58,385 nucleotides of DNA. Origin: Methylocystaceae bacterium. Its GTDB lineage: Bacteria > Pseudomonadota > Alphaproteobacteria > Rhizobiales > Beijerinckiaceae. A program made the translations under genes and the position numbers. The stretch covers positions 1 through 58,385 of the forward strand of contig RFXM01000001.1 of NCBI GenBank assembly GCA_009921565.1, written 5' to 3'. Under the pieces are notes generated by a model. That model made no database searches and was not told the origin of the DNA. It worked only from the letters and a program-made list of their open reading frames with translations. Position 1 is the stretch's first letter. Each line of letters opens with the position of its first letter. Shown here piece by piece: positions 1 through 11,481 of this stretch.

Positions 1-2316
1 GATGAAATCGCCAATGACATTACCGGAGGCTTAACGCCCGCCTCTTTCGAACCAACGATCGATTATATCGTCACAAAAATCCCCCGCTTTGCTTTTGAAA
101 AATTTCCCGGCGCCGAACCAACGCTGACAACGGCGATGAAATCCGTAGGCGAGGCTATGGCCATTGGGCGCAATTTTGCAGAGTCTTTGCAAAAAGCGTT
201 GCGTTCTTTGGAGACGGGACTTTCAGGGCTCGATGAAATAGAAATCGACGGGCTCGGCAAAGGCGACGATCTCAATGTCCTACGCGGCGCGCTCGGCACG
301 CCCACGCCTGATCGTTTGCTTGTTGTTGGCCAAGCGCTGCGTTTAGGTATGAGCGTTGAAGAAATTCATGACGCTAGTAAAATCGACCCCTGGTTTCTCA
401 ACCGATTAGCGGAAATCATTACGCTGGAGAAAAAAATTGCCGAGTTTGGCCTGCCAAAGGATGCGGAAAATTTCCGAACGCTCAAATTTGCAGGTTTCTC
501 GGATATCCGCCTCGCCGCTTTAACGGGACGAGACGAAAAAGAAGTGCGCGCGCTCCGTCATGAGCTCAATGTGCGCCCTGTTTATAAGCGCATTGATACC
601 TGCGCTGCTGAGTTCGCATCACCGACCGCCTATATGTATAGCACCTATGAGACGCCCTTTGCTGGCGTACCGGCATGCGAAGCGCGTCCATCAGAACGCA
701 ATAAAATTGTTATTCTTGGCGGCGGTCCAAATCGTATCGGCCAAGGCATCGAATTCGACTATTGTTGCTGCCACGCCTGTTTCGCGCTTGCGGAAGCAGG
801 ATATGAAACGATTATGATCAATTGCAATCCAGAGACTGTATCAACGGATTACGACACTTCTGATCGACTTTATTTTGAACCCCTAACAGATGAAGACGTT
901 GGCGAAATCATCGATGTCGAAAAATCACGCGGCGCGCTTAAAGGCGTCATTGTGCAATACGGCGGTCAGACGCCGCTCAAACTTGCGCATGGATTAGCGC
1001 AATCAGGAACTCCTATTCTAGGAACTCCCGTAGACTCTATTGATCTTGCTGAGGATCGCGATCGTTTCAAACGCTTGCTGGATCGTCTTGGACTAAAACA
1101 GCCTAAGAACGGCATTGCTTATTCCGTCGAGCAGTCTCGCATCGTCGCCAGCGATCTCGGCCTACCGCTTGTTGTTCGCCCCTCATATGTGTTGGGCGGC
1201 CGGGCTATGGCGATTATCCGCGATCAACATGAACTAGATGATTATTTGCTCGGCACGCTGCCAACATTGGTCCCATCGGACATTAAAACGCGTTATCCAA
1301 ACGATAAAACCGGGCAAATAAATATGGTGCTCGGAAAAAATCCGCTCTTATTTGATAGATATCTTGCTGACGCGATTGAAGTTGACGTCGACTGTATAGC
1401 GGATGGCCGGCAAGCGACGATCGCTGGGGTCATGGAGCATATTGAAGAAGCTGGCATTCATTCGGGCGACTCTGCTTGCTCATTGCCGCCGCGTTCTCTG
1501 CCGCCTGAGACAGTATTAGCGCTAGAAAACCAAACCCGCGATCTTGCGATGGCGCTGGGCGTTATTGGTCTCATGAATGTTCAATTCGCTTTAAAAGACG
1601 GCGAAATTTATGTGCTTGAGGTTAACCCGCGCGCTTCACGAACCGTTCCTTTTGTTGCAAAGGTCATAGGCGCGCCAATTGCTAAAATTGCCGCGCGCGT
1701 CATGGCTGGCGAAAAACTTTCTGCTTTCGCCTTGCCACAGGCAAAACCAGCGCATGTCGGCGTTAAGGAAGCTGTGTTTCCATTCGCTCGCTTCCCAGGC
1801 GTTGACACGGTGCTGGGTCCCGAAATGCGCTCAACGGGAGAAGTGATCGGCCTTGATCTCTCTTTCAACGCCGCCTTTGTTAAAAGTCAGCTTGGCGGCG
1901 GCGCCAAAGCGCCTAAAGAAGGCGTCGTCTTCGTCTCTGTCCGCGATGTTGATAAATCGCGCGTTATCCCGGCTGTAAAACTACTCGCCAGTATAGGCTT
2001 TTCAATCGTTGCGACTGGCGGCACTGCGCGCTTTCTCTCCGAACACGGTATTAATACCAGTAAAATCAATAAGGTCTCTGAGGGCCGCCCCCACATTGTC
2101 GATGCTATTAAGAACGGGTCAATCCAGCTCGTTTTCAACACGACGGAGGGCGCGCAGGCCTTGGCGGACTCACGTTCCTTGCGCCGGGCCGCGCTTCTGC
2201 ATAAAGTTCCCTATTATACGACCCTCTCTGGCGCGATTGCCGCCGCCCAGGGAATCCAGGCCTATGTATCGGGAGATTTGGAAGTACGCGCGTTGCAGGA
2301 TTATTTCCATGGCTAA
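1..2316 (+). CDS. carB: Carbamoyl-phosphate synthase large subunit, 5'-truncated by the window edge
   Basis: Frame is open from base 1 ([10 protein letters not shown]...[18 protein letters not shown]). Motifs [36 protein letters not shown] and a C-terminal MGS-like domain. Confidence 0.98.
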   Translation, partial: DEIANDITGGLTPASFEPTIDYIVTKIPRFAFEKFPGAEPTLTTAMKSVGEAMAIGRNFAESLQKALRSLETGLSGLDEIEIDGLGKGDDLNVLRGALGTPTPDRLLVVGQALRLGMSVEEIHDASKIDPWFLNRLAEIITLEKKIAEFGLPKDAENFRTLKFAGFSDIRLAALTGRDEKEVRALRHELNVRPVYKRIDTCAAEFASPTAYMYSTYETPFAGVPACEARPSERNKIVILGGGPNRIGQGIEFDYCCCHACFALAEAGYETIMINCNPETVSTDYDTSDRLYFEPLTDEDVGEIIDVEKSRGALKGVIVQYGGQTPLKLAHGLAQSGTPILGTPVDSIDLAEDRDRFKRLLDRLGLKQPKNGIAYSVEQSRIVASDLGLPLVVRPSYVLGGRAMAIIRDQHELDDYLLGTLPTLVPSDIKTRYPNDKTGQINMVLGKNPLLFDRYLADAIEVDVDCIADGRQATIAGVMEHIEEAGIHSGDSACSLPPRSLPPETVLALENQTRDLAMALGVIGLMNVQFALKDGEIYVLEVNPRASRTVPFVAKVIGAPIAKIAARVMAGEKLSAFALPQAKPAHVGVKEAVFPFARFPGVDTVLGPEMRSTGEVIGLDLSFNAAFVKSQLGGGAKAPKEGVVFVSVRDVDKSRVIPAVKLLASIGFSIVATGGTARFLSEHGINTSKINKVSEGRPHIVDAIKNGSIQLVFNTTEGAQALADSRSLRRAALLHKVPYYTTLSGAIAAAQGIQAYVSGDLEVRALQDYFHG

Positions 2317-2515
2317 GCTTGGCTGAACGCAAGCAAGCTCACTGGCGAGACGATCGACGACTCAAGCGCGCCATAAAGAGACAAATCTAACGCCAACGGC
2401 AGTCACAATTTTCATTTGATATGAGAAATTTTTCCGCTTTGCCGCTTGTGGCGGCGGCAAGAAATCTTCTTCTCAAGAGCATCAGGCGATCGAGGAAAGG
2501 CGAAGAGCGAGTAAG

Positions 2516-2989
2516 ATGGAAAAAGTGCCAATGACAGCAGGCGGCTACGCTGCGCTAACGGAAGAACTCCGCCGCCGACAACAAGAAGATCGCCCGCGCA
2601 TCATCCAACAAATTTCTGAAGCGCGTGCGCATGGCGATCTTTCTGAAAATGCAGAATATCACGCAGCAAAAGAAGCTCAGTCTTTGAATGAAGGCCGCAT
2701 TGCCGAGCTTGAGGACAAACTGTCTCGCGCAGAAGTCATCGATGTCTCAAAACTCAGCGGATCAACAATCAAATTTGGCGCAACAGTCACGGTTGTCGAC
2801 GAGGATACAGAGGAAGAAAAAGCATACCAAATTGTTGGCGAGAGCGAAGCCGATGTGAAAAGCGGCCGAGTATCGCTTACCAGCCCAATCGCGCGCGCGC
2901 TTATCGGCAAAAAGGCCGGCGATACAGTAGAGGTCAAGACGCCAGGCGGCGGTAAAAGCTATGAGATCTTAAAGGTCGCCTTTGTGTGA
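2516..2989 (+). CDS. greA: Transcription elongation factor GreA
   Basis: [13 protein letters not shown] and [10 protein letters not shown] motifs; downstream of carB as usual. Confidence 0.98.
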   Translation: MEKVPMTAGGYAALTEELRRRQQEDRPRIIQQISEARAHGDLSENAEYHAAKEAQSLNEGRIAELEDKLSRAEVIDVSKLSGSTIKFGATVTVVDEDTEEEKAYQIVGESEADVKSGRVSLTSPIARALIGKKAGDTVEVKTPGGGKSYEILKVAFV

Positions 2990-3983
2990 CATCGCCCAGT
3001 CGGGCAAACACAATTCCCAAACACTGCCCCTCGGCACGAATTTGGTTGTTTTGTCTGATGGACGCGCCGGTCACGACACTCAAACTTTTGGCCTCGCAGC
3101 CGCTCTGGGCGTAGAAAAAAAAGTTGTCCCCGTTGCGCCGCGCGGCCTGTATAAATTGCTCGCGCCTTATGGACCTGTCGATCCGCGCGACGCAGCTTTT
3201 TTGCGTCGCTATCGCCCAGATATTGTTTTGGCAGCGGGCAGACGCACGATTCCTGCGCTGCGCTATATGAAAAAAAATACGCCAGGAAACACTTTCACTG
3301 TTTATCTCAATAAGCCCCACAACGGTTTGAGAGCTGCTGATTTAATCATTGCGCCAAGCCATGACGCGCTGAGTGGCGCCAATGTTATTTCGACGCTAAC
3401 TCCGGCTAATAGCCTGACGCAACGCCAGCTTGCAGCAACGCGTAAAAATCCGGACCCGCGCATTGGCGTCTTACCAGGAAAACGGATCGCCCTACTGATT
3501 GGCGGCGACAGCCATCATTTTAAATTTACCCCACAAGCTCAAAAACAATTAGCCCAGATCGTCCACGAGATTTGCCTTACTGGCGCCAGTCTTATGGCGA
3601 CGCCCTCACGACGCACGCCCCCTTCGCTGATAGACATGCTCAAAAAGCATTTAAGCGCCTTTCCAAGCTTTTTTTGGGATGGCACCGGAGAGAATCCCTA
3701 TCTCTCGCTCCTTGCTTGCGCTGATGCATTCCTCATTACGGCCGATAGCGTTAATATGATCAGCGAAGCTGCGGCCACTGGCGCGCCCATACATATTTTT
3801 GCGCCGCCTGGCGGACATCCAAAATTGATCAAATTCCAAAACAAGCTTGCCGCAGCTGGCGCGGTGCGCTTGTGGCGGGGCGCAATAGAGGACTGGCGGT
3901 ATGATCCGATCAACGCGACTCCAATGATCGCACAGTCCATTATCTCCTCCTATAATCAGTATCTTCAACAATCATCCGCCTAA
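2982..3983 (+). CDS. ELM1/DUF1022-family protein (mitochondrial fission ELM1-like)
   Basis: [25 protein letters not shown] and [11 protein letters not shown] motifs; usual position after greA. Start codon uncertain. Confidence 0.85.
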   Translation: MCDIAQSGKHNSQTLPLGTNLVVLSDGRAGHDTQTFGLAAALGVEKKVVPVAPRGLYKLLAPYGPVDPRDAAFLRRYRPDIVLAAGRRTIPALRYMKKNTPGNTFTVYLNKPHNGLRAADLIIAPSHDALSGANVISTLTPANSLTQRQLAATRKNPDPRIGVLPGKRIALLIGGDSHHFKFTPQAQKQLAQIVHEICLTGASLMATPSRRTPPSLIDMLKKHLSAFPSFFWDGTGENPYLSLLACADAFLITADSVNMISEAAATGAPIHIFAPPGGHPKLIKFQNKLAAAGAVRLWRGAIEDWRYDPINATPMIAQSIISSYNQYLQQSSA

Positions 3984-4039
3984 AAGTTGCAGCCTAGCGC
4001 ATAATCGTTAGATTGCTGGCTCAAAGTTGAACCTTCCAA

Positions 4040-5008
4040 ATGAGTCCCTCACATATGCCCGCCACACAGCATGCACGCGTCATTATTATTGGCTCTGGAC
4101 CCGCTGGCTATACAGCTGCAATTTATGCCGCACGCGCTTTGCTCGACCCGATGCTTATTGCCGGCGTCGACCAAGGCGGGCAATTGATGATCACAACAGA
4201 GGTTGAAAACTATCCAGGTTTCGCTGAGCCTGTTCAGGGGCCCTGGCTGATGGATCAAATGCGCCAACAAGCTGAGCATGTAGGGACTAAGCTTGTCTCA
4301 GACTACATCGTCGAAGCAAAACTTACTCAACAGCCTTTCATCTTGATTGGCGATTCAGGCATAAATTATAGCTGCGACGCGCTAATTATCGCCACTGGCG
4401 CCAAAGCGAAATGGCTTGGCTTGGCCAGTGAGGATAAATTCAAAGGCTTTGGCGTCTCCGCATGCGCGACATGCGATGGATTTTTTTTTCGTGGCAAAAA
4501 AGTTCTTGTTGTCGGCGGAGGGAATACAGCCGTAGAAGAAGCGCTTTATCTTTCCAACCTAGCTTCGCATGTCACATTAATTCATCGTCGAGATACGTTG
4601 CGAAGCGAGCGCGTTCTCCAGGAACGTCTGCATAAAAAAGACAATATCTCAATTCGCTTTGACTCTGTGATTGAAGAAATCATTGGCGAAGAAAACCCCT
4701 TGTCCGTTACAGGCGCCCGCATTAAAAATGTAAAGACCGGCGCTAGCGAGGTTCTCAGCGCAGACGGTGTTTTTGTCGCTATTGGCCACGCGCCGGCCTC
4801 TGACCTCTTCAAAGGGCAATTAACGCTCAAATCCTCCGGTTATATATCCGTTACGCCTGGGACAACGCGCACAAATATCAACGGTGTTTTTGCTGCCGGC
4901 GATGTCGCCGACGACATCTATCGCCAAGCCGTCACCGCAGCAGGACTTGGATGTATGGCGGCGTTGGAAGTTGAAAAGTTTTTACTTGATGCGCCAACCC
5001 AAGATTGA
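4040..5008 (+). CDS. trxB: Thioredoxin-disulfide reductase
   Basis: IIGSGPAGYTAA, redox centre CATCDG, GGGNTAVEEA and FAAGDV. Confidence 0.97.
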   Translation: MSPSHMPATQHARVIIIGSGPAGYTAAIYAARALLDPMLIAGVDQGGQLMITTEVENYPGFAEPVQGPWLMDQMRQQAEHVGTKLVSDYIVEAKLTQQPFILIGDSGINYSCDALIIATGAKAKWLGLASEDKFKGFGVSACATCDGFFFRGKKVLVVGGGNTAVEEALYLSNLASHVTLIHRRDTLRSERVLQERLHKKDNISIRFDSVIEEIIGEENPLSVTGARIKNVKTGASEVLSADGVFVAIGHAPASDLFKGQLTLKSSGYISVTPGTTRTNINGVFAAGDVADDIYRQAVTAAGLGCMAALEVEKFLLDAPTQD

Positions 5009-5031
5009 TGCATCCTGATAGGAGAATAAAA

Positions 5032-5271
5032 ATGACAGAGCGCGTAATCTTTCAAAAAAAAGCCATTCCTATAGAGGTTGAAGCGGGTAAGACCTATTAC
5101 TGGTGCGCGTGCGGACGCACGCAAAATCAGCCCTTCTGCGACGGGTCTCATAAAGGTACAGATATCTCGCCAGTGCCCTATAAAGCTGAAGCTTCAGGTA
5201 AAGCTTTTTTCTGCGGCTGCCGCCACACAAAAAATGAACCGCTTTGCGATGGAACCCATAAAGAATTGTAA
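5032..5271 (+). CDS. CDGSH iron-sulfur domain protein with two [2Fe-2S] motifs (MiNT-like)
   Basis: WCACGRTQNQPFCDGSH and FCGCRHTKNEPLCDGTH. GGAG SD precedes ATG 5032, preferred over the track start at 5005. Confidence 0.93.
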   Translation: MTERVIFQKKAIPIEVEAGKTYYWCACGRTQNQPFCDGSHKGTDISPVPYKAEASGKAFFCGCRHTKNEPLCDGTHKEL

Positions 5272-5280
5272 GCGACCTTC

Positions 5281-7374
5281 ATGCCCGATCTTTTATTAGA
5301 ACTCTTTAGCGAAGAAATTCCTGCGCGCATGCAGCGTCAAGCTGCTGACGACCTAAAACGCTTGGTGACCGATGCGTTGGTGGAAAAGGGACTGACGTAT
5401 GAAGGCGCTTGCGCCTATGCAACGCCGCGACGCCTCAGCTTACAAATCGTCGGCCTCCCAGGCCGTCAGGCGGATATGCGCGAAGAACGCAAAGGTCCTC
5501 GCGTCGGCGCGCCAGAGGCGGCGATTCAAGGGTTTCTAAAAAGCGCCGGCCTGGCCTCTCTCGATCAGGCGATGATTGAAAAAGATCAAAAGAAAGGCGA
5601 GTTTTATGTCGCTGTAATTGAACGACAGGGCTTAAATACACTCGACATATTAGCGGAGATCTTGCCCTTAATCATAAAGTCGTTTCCCTGGCCAAAGTCC
5701 ATGCGTTGGGGCGCGGCATCTGCAAATCCTGAAGCTCTGCGCTGGGTCCGCCCGCTTCATTCGATCCTCGCGACCTTTGGGCCCGAGACCGAAACGCCGG
5801 AAATTATTCCCTTTTCTGTTGATCAGATCCACGCGGGCGCAACGACTTATGGCCATCGTTTTCTTGCGCCGGCTCCTATCAGCGTTAAAAGATTTGAAGA
5901 TTATGCCCTAGCTCTCGACCGCGCTAAAGTAGTTATCGACCCAGCACGGCGACGCGACATAATTCTACATGACGCAAAAGATTTGGCCTTCGCCAAAGGA
6001 CTCGAGCTTATCGAAGATCCAGCGCTTCTTGATGAAGTCGCCGGTTTGGTTGAATGGCCAATCACTCTGATGGGAAAATTTGATAAGAATTTTCTCTCAA
6101 TACCGCCAGAAGTTATTCGCGCTACGATTCGCGTCAATCAGAAATGCTTTGTTCTGCGCGATGCGCAAGGCGAAATGGCCAATAATTTTATCTTGATTTC
6201 AAATATTGAGGCGAGCGATGGCGGCACAGCGATTATTGCAGGTAATGAACGCGTTATTGCCGCGCGCCTTTCTGACGCGAAATTTTTCTACGAAACCGAC
6301 CTTAAAATAAAACTCGAAGAGCGCCTGCCAAAACTCGGTCAAATTGTCTTTCATGAGAAACTCGGCACGCAGGGCGAACGTATTCAACGCATCAGCGCCC
6401 TTGCTGAAAAAATGGCTTGCCTTATCGGCGCTGATCCAAAAAAAGCGCACCGCGCCGCATTATTATGTAAAGCAGATCTTGTCTCGGAGATGGTAGGGGA
6501 GTTCCCAGAGCTTCAAGGTCTCATGGGACGCTATTACGCGCTGGCTCAGGGCGAAGATCCCTCTGTCGCCGCCGCATGTGAAGATCATTACAAGCCGCAA
6601 GGCCCCAATGACCGAATCCCAAAGGATCCTGTTTCCATCGCTGTCGCGCTTGCGGATAAGTTAGACACCCTTAACGGCTTTTGGGCAATTGACGAAAAGC
6701 CTACAGGCAGCAAAGACCCTTATGCGCTCCGTCGCGCTGCGCTTGGCGTTATTCGCATCATCTTGGAAAATGAACTACGGCTCTCGCTCAGCTCTCTAAC
6801 AAATGACTCTCTTTTTGAATTTTTTATAGATCGATTGAAAGTCTATTTGCGAGACAAAGGCGCGCGCTATGATCTGATTGACGCTGCGCTTGGCGCAGCC
6901 GTAGGTCAAAAGGAAGGTCAGCGCAAGCAGATTAGTCAGGACGATCTGTTAATCATCACGCAAAAAGTCGATGCGCTGGATACATTTCTAACAACAGATG
7001 ACGGTCAAAATCTGCTCGCTGGATATCGACGAGCCTGCAACATTCTGAAAATTGAAGAAAAGAAAGATGGCGTCGAGGTTTTTGCTGTCCATCACGCGCC
7101 AAATCTACGCATAGAACAACAAGAACATAAGCTTGCCGCCGCGATCGCAAGAGCGCGGGAAGAAACTAGTGAAAAAATTTCAAAAGAAGATTTTTCAGGA
7201 GCAATGCGCTCTTTAGCAAAGTTACGCGAACCGGTTGATCACTTTTTTGATCATGTTACAGTGAATACGGATGACATAAATCTCCGAATTAATCGCCTGC
7301 GTCTTCTCGCTGAACTAAGACAAGCGATGTCCGGCGTAGCAGATTTTAGTAAAATCACCACTGGCGAACATTAA
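5281..7374 (+). CDS. glyS: Glycine-tRNA ligase beta subunit
   Basis: [32 protein letters not shown] and [12 protein letters not shown] motifs; C-terminal DALR-like domain. Confidence 0.97.
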   Translation: MPDLLLELFSEEIPARMQRQAADDLKRLVTDALVEKGLTYEGACAYATPRRLSLQIVGLPGRQADMREERKGPRVGAPEAAIQGFLKSAGLASLDQAMIEKDQKKGEFYVAVIERQGLNTLDILAEILPLIIKSFPWPKSMRWGAASANPEALRWVRPLHSILATFGPETETPEIIPFSVDQIHAGATTYGHRFLAPAPISVKRFEDYALALDRAKVVIDPARRRDIILHDAKDLAFAKGLELIEDPALLDEVAGLVEWPITLMGKFDKNFLSIPPEVIRATIRVNQKCFVLRDAQGEMANNFILISNIEASDGGTAIIAGNERVIAARLSDAKFFYETDLKIKLEERLPKLGQIVFHEKLGTQGERIQRISALAEKMACLIGADPKKAHRAALLCKADLVSEMVGEFPELQGLMGRYYALAQGEDPSVAAACEDHYKPQGPNDRIPKDPVSIAVALADKLDTLNGFWAIDEKPTGSKDPYALRRAALGVIRIILENELRLSLSSLTNDSLFEFFIDRLKVYLRDKGARYDLIDAALGAAVGQKEGQRKQISQDDLLIITQKVDALDTFLTTDDGQNLLAGYRRACNILKIEEKKDGVEVFAVHHAPNLRIEQQEHKLAAAIARAREETSEKISKEDFSGAMRSLAKLREPVDHFFDHVTVNTDDINLRINRLRLLAELRQAMSGVADFSKITTGEH

Positions 7375-7395
7375 AGCTTCACAAGATTATACTCA

Positions 7396-8589
7396 CTAGG
7401 TGCCTGTGAAGCTGCGCGGGGCGGGAGAAATCACCTTGGCTCCGCCCCCGCCAATTTCCAAAACAGAGAAACCTCGCTCATTTGTGCCATCTGGCTTAAA
7501 TCGAAAAATCCCATCCGCCCCGTTAAAGCCGGACGGATTGGTTAAAACATTTGGCGAGAAACGCTGTCCCCCCTGAGCGCGCGATAAAGCGATCGCTAAA
7601 GATACTGCGTCATAGGACAAGGTTGAAACACGCGCTGGATCAGCGCCATATTTAGCTTTGTAACGTTGCGCAAAAGAGTTAAAGCCGGCATTTTCAGGCG
7701 CAGAAAACCACGCCCCTTGAAGTGCGGGTAGATTAAGCGTGCGCGCGTCATTCCAAAGACCTGTGCCAATAATCTGTACTTTCTTTGAATCAAGCCCGTT
7801 GGCGACAAGCTCTTTCGAAACTTCTCCCATCGCATCAGCTTGCTCTGGAATAAACAAAACATCAAACTGATCTCGCGCGGCGGCAAGTTTCTTTATCGAC
7901 TCAGATGGAGAGCCCGGCTTATAGCGCTCAATCATCGGCACTCTTAACCCATGATTGGCGGCGCTTTGTTGAAATTGCGCCATCGCCAACGTGCCATATT
8001 CATTCTCAGGCACAAGCGCAGCGACTGATTTCTTTCCTCGCGTCGCTGCGTATTCCATTCCACGCTCAACGTAGCCATCAACAAGAAAAGAGAGAAGATA
8101 GGTCCCCCCACCAGCAGTGGTGGAGTCGGTAGAAAAAGCAATAACGGGACGGTTTGAAGATCGCGCAACACGACTGGCTTCTTTAACATCGGTTGCAAAC
8201 ACAGGTCCTATTAAGATCTCAGCTCCTTCTGCAATCGCCGCCTGCGCAGCAGCAGCGGCCCCTGCCGCTGTAGAGTGATCGTCTTTGACTAAAATCGTCA
8301 CATCATTGGCGCCACTGTCAGCGAAAGCCAGCTTTGCGGCGTCTCGCAAGGAAGAACCAACTGAAGAGGGGCCAGCAGGGCCAGTGAGCGGGACAATGAG
8401 CCCAATTTTTACTGATCCAGCGCCGATATTTTCAGATACGCCATTTTGCGCATTTGGCGCGCCTAAATCTTTTACGCCCGGCACGCCGCCGCCAGTCATT
8501 GGATTACATGCGGCGAGTGACAGCGCGCCTAAGGATAAGCCAAGACGCCAGAGACTATGCGCAAAGATTCGACTGCAGAAAATGAACAT
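7396..8589 (-). CDS. Lipoprotein of the penicillin-binding protein activator (LpoA-like) / type I periplasmic-binding fold
   Basis: Lipobox LAAC, KIGLIVPLTG, ILIGPVFA and GFNGADGIFRF; divergent from rsmI, a familiar arrangement. Confidence 0.8.
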   Translation of the reverse strand: MFIFCSRIFAHSLWRLGLSLGALSLAACNPMTGGGVPGVKDLGAPNAQNGVSENIGAGSVKIGLIVPLTGPAGPSSVGSSLRDAAKLAFADSGANDVTILVKDDHSTAAGAAAAAQAAIAEGAEILIGPVFATDVKEASRVARSSNRPVIAFSTDSTTAGGGTYLLSFLVDGYVERGMEYAATRGKKSVAALVPENEYGTLAMAQFQQSAANHGLRVPMIERYKPGSPSESIKKLAAARDQFDVLFIPEQADAMGEVSKELVANGLDSKKVQIIGTGLWNDARTLNLPALQGAWFSAPENAGFNSFAQRYKAKYGADPARVSTLSYDAVSLAIALSRAQGGQRFSPNVLTNPSGFNGADGIFRFKPDGTNERGFSVLEIGGGGAKVISPAPRSFTGT

Positions 8590-8811
8590 TGCGAAAGCGA
8601 CTCCTGCTAGTTGCGACGCCGGCGTCGGTCGAGCAACTTAAATGCTACCTAAATCTCTTGTTGCTGCGTATTATGACGTCGATAAGGCCAATCTAACCTA
8701 AGCTGTCAATAGAACCCTCATCACGCCAGAGATAGTTGGCGAAATTCCAAAAGCTTGCGCTATAAGAGCATTAACTCATTGAAATATATAATTATCTAGG
8801 ATAGGCCCCAT

Positions 8812-9729
8812 ATGGGTGACGCCAGTGAGATTCCAGATCATCCCTATACTGCATTTGGACTGCGCGCTGAAGCGCGGGCGTTGGAACCTGGTCTCCACGT
8901 TGTCGCAACGCCAATCGGCAATCTTGGGGATATTTCCTTGCGCGCGCTTGAGACGCTAGCGGCGGCAGATCTCGTCGTCGCCGAGGACACCCGCGTCACC
9001 AAAACGCTCCTGGCGCATTACGGGGTCTCAACGCCTCTGATCGCTTATCACGAGCACAATGCGCAAGTCATCCGCCCTCATTTGCTGGCGCGTCTCGCTG
9101 CTGGGGCTAAACTAGCTCTGGTTTCTGATGCAGGCACGCCGCTCGTGTCTGATCCGGGATTTAAATTAGTACAGGAGGCTTTGAGCCAGGGCGCTCATGT
9201 CAGCGCCGTACCTGGACCCTCGGCAGTATTAGCTGCGCTCGTTGTTGCAGGATTGCCGACAGATCGATTCTTTTTTGAAGGCTTTCTTCCGCATAAAAGC
9301 GGCGCGCGGCGCGCGCGCCTTGCGAAATTGGCGCAAGTGCCTGGCACTTTAGTGTTTTTTGAAAGTCCAAGACGCTTAGTCGACACAGTGTCTGATTGCG
9401 CCGCAGTCTTGGGCCCCCGTCCCGCCGCGATCGCTCGAGAACTGACCAAGATGTATGAGTCCGTCAAACGCGGACCACTCGATAGATTAGCGCAAACGCT
9501 TTTAGAGGAAGAACAGCTCCGCGGCGAAATCGTATTGTTGATTGCGCCGCCGCAAGAAGGTGCAGCAGAAATTGCTGAAGCGGATCTTGACGCCCAAATC
9601 GACGCGACGCTTGCAACGCATTCTCCAAGAGATACAGCTGATATCATCGCCGCCGCGACGGGACACACCCGACGCAAAGTCTATGCGCGCGTCCTGCAAC
9701 GCCAAGCGATTAGAGAAAATGATTTATGA
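8812..9729 (+). CDS. rsmI: 16S rRNA C1402 2'-O-methyltransferase
   Basis: VATPIGNLGDIS, AEDTR, SDAGTPLVSDPG, FFESPRR and ARELTK. Confidence 0.97.
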   Translation: MGDASEIPDHPYTAFGLRAEARALEPGLHVVATPIGNLGDISLRALETLAAADLVVAEDTRVTKTLLAHYGVSTPLIAYHEHNAQVIRPHLLARLAAGAKLALVSDAGTPLVSDPGFKLVQEALSQGAHVSAVPGPSAVLAALVVAGLPTDRFFFEGFLPHKSGARRARLAKLAQVPGTLVFFESPRRLVDTVSDCAAVLGPRPAAIARELTKMYESVKRGPLDRLAQTLLEEEQLRGEIVLLIAPPQEGAAEIAEADLDAQIDATLATHSPRDTADIIAAATGHTRRKVYARVLQRQAIRENDL

Positions 9730-9802
9730 TGAAATTTTCGGCGGCTCTGATTTGTTAAAGCCGCCGATCTCGATGCGAAACACAGCTTATTATTTTCTGA
9801 TC

Positions 9803-10651
9803 CTAAGCAAGAACAGAAAGTTTATCGCCATGCTTGATGACTCCGCCTGTAATTACGCGCGCATAGACGCCGATTGATGGAAGCGGCTTGCCCGCGAATG
9901 GGACTAGTACGCGATTTTCCATAATACCCTTATTCATAACGCCAAGATCACGCGGTAAATCACCCTGGGCTAAAGTCGGCATAATACAACGTGGGCAGGG
10001 ATCGGTTATCGCTAATTTAACGCTAGCGCCAATCTGTAAGGTTTTGCCAACCCAATCATTTTCAATAAATCCCTCGAGTTTACCCGTATCAATAACAATA
10101 TTTGGACGAAACCGGCGCGCCTCAAATCTTCCTTCAGGATAGAGCTTATTCAGCTTATCTAAGGAAGAGGTCGTCAAAAGATGCAGTGTGGCATAGTCAA
10201 AAAAAGTACCCTTAGGCGCATCGCCTGCAACTGCTTCCTGGCTCACTTCATTTGATTGCCCAGCATATTCTGGCCAAAATTGCTCAAGCGTCGGCTTCTC
10301 TGGAGCGGAATTATGCAAGGTTACTTTTCTTTTGAGCGCAGCGGAAAGGACCTGATCGCGCTGGGGATCATCGCTACGCACAAAAGTCCCGTCGGGTAAC
10401 GTGATCGAGATCGGCGGCAAATTTGCTGCACTCGGCGCCGTCGCATAGGCCGCTCGATAATAGAAAAAGCTTGGCCATTTTTGTGGATTTTTCGCACTGA
10501 CAATCTTACCCGTCTCTTCATCAACTAAGGCAAAAGCGCGATCGCCCAATACGCCTAAGGCTGTGATGTCGGATGCATTCAACTCCTCGCCCATCATGGA
10601 TTTGATTGGATATCTCCAAATGGTTGCGACATTAAATGCAGAGTTTTCCAT
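9803..10651 (-). CDS. MOSC-domain molybdoenzyme-family protein (YcbX/mARC-like)
   Basis: WRYPIKSMMGE, GDRAFA, RRFRPNIVI and CPRC. Confidence 0.9.
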   Translation of the reverse strand: MENSAFNVATIWRYPIKSMMGEELNASDITALGVLGDRAFALVDEETGKIVSAKNPQKWPSFFYYRAAYATAPSAANLPPISITLPDGTFVRSDDPQRDQVLSAALKRKVTLHNSAPEKPTLEQFWPEYAGQSNEVSQEAVAGDAPKGTFFDYATLHLLTTSSLDKLNKLYPEGRFEARRFRPNIVIDTGKLEGFIENDWVGKTLQIGASVKLAITDPCPRCIMPTLAQGDLPRDLGVMNKGIMENRVLVPFAGKPLPSIGVYARVITGGVIKHGDKLSVLA

Positions 10652-11124
10652 CACTTTCGCCCTCTTGATACGCTTCCTCCCTGGAAGCTTTTTTAAATTT
10701 ATTGCCCCCGCACACGAACTGAGACGGGAATTGGCCCAAATCGAGTTGGGCGAAGATTATCCGATGTTTCTTAGAGATTTAAAAGTAAGGATAGCCTTGT
10801 TTTCCTCGTCAGACTAGAAAGGTCGCGCTTTGGCGCCACGGCAAAGGCGAAAAGAGCCGCCTTGTGCTTATCGACTGATCGGTAGCGACCTTGGACCTCC
10901 CCGCTATGACCTACCTATATATTTCCACAGACCTACCGCGAATTTCAACCAATAGCGCCTTGTTAAAATATTCTATTTATCCAGATTTAAAATATTTACG
11001 TCTCCGCCATCTTGTCGACCCGCTGCGCCGCCCCTACCTGTCTACATAGATGTAAGCCAGAAGCTCAATCACTCAGCGCCGCGACCTTTTTCATATCTTA
11101 GCCAACGATCTCTTAAGGAAGCCC

Positions 11125-11211
11125 ATGCCCGACGATCTTACGAAACTTGTCATTCTTGGCGCCTTTGGTTTTTTCATTGGCGCGATGCTGATGGGCTGGG
11201 CCTACGGTTAA
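11125..11211 (+). CDS. Putative 28-aa single-pass membrane micropeptide MPDDLTKLVILGAFGFFIGAMLMGWAYG
   Basis: Hand translation. AAGGAA SD at 11115-11120. About 20-residue hydrophobic Gly-rich run. Candidate promoter TTGTCG-N17-TACCTG at 11012-11040. Confidence 0.65.
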   Translation: MPDDLTKLVILGAFGFFIGAMLMGWAYG

Positions 11212-11481
11212 ATCCCTGCCCGGCTCATTTACCGCGCCGTACGTCAAATCAGCTTGCGTCCTCCAACAACTCATTCAACCCTTGATAATAATTGGAGGAT
11301 ACTGAATTCATGGATCAATTTTAATTTTTTATCATCCTATTTTTTTATAAATAAATCGATCTCTTATGGGTTTTTAATCTTCAAATTTAACGATCATAAA
11401 ATTTGTTATTCCATAAGATTGTAGCAAAATTATAAACCTCCTGAAAATCTCCTCAAGAAATTAAGAAAATCGGAAACAGCA

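Noticed and set aside
10703-10730. TGCCCCCGCA...GGGAA resembling a cobalamin riboswitch
   Set aside because: The other elements are missing or out of order, and the motif faces away from the adjacent MOSC gene.
10801-10812. Minus-strand CTGACGAGGAAA resembling a hammerhead ribozyme core
   Set aside because: No stem II between CUGANGA and GAAA, and no flanking stems I/III.
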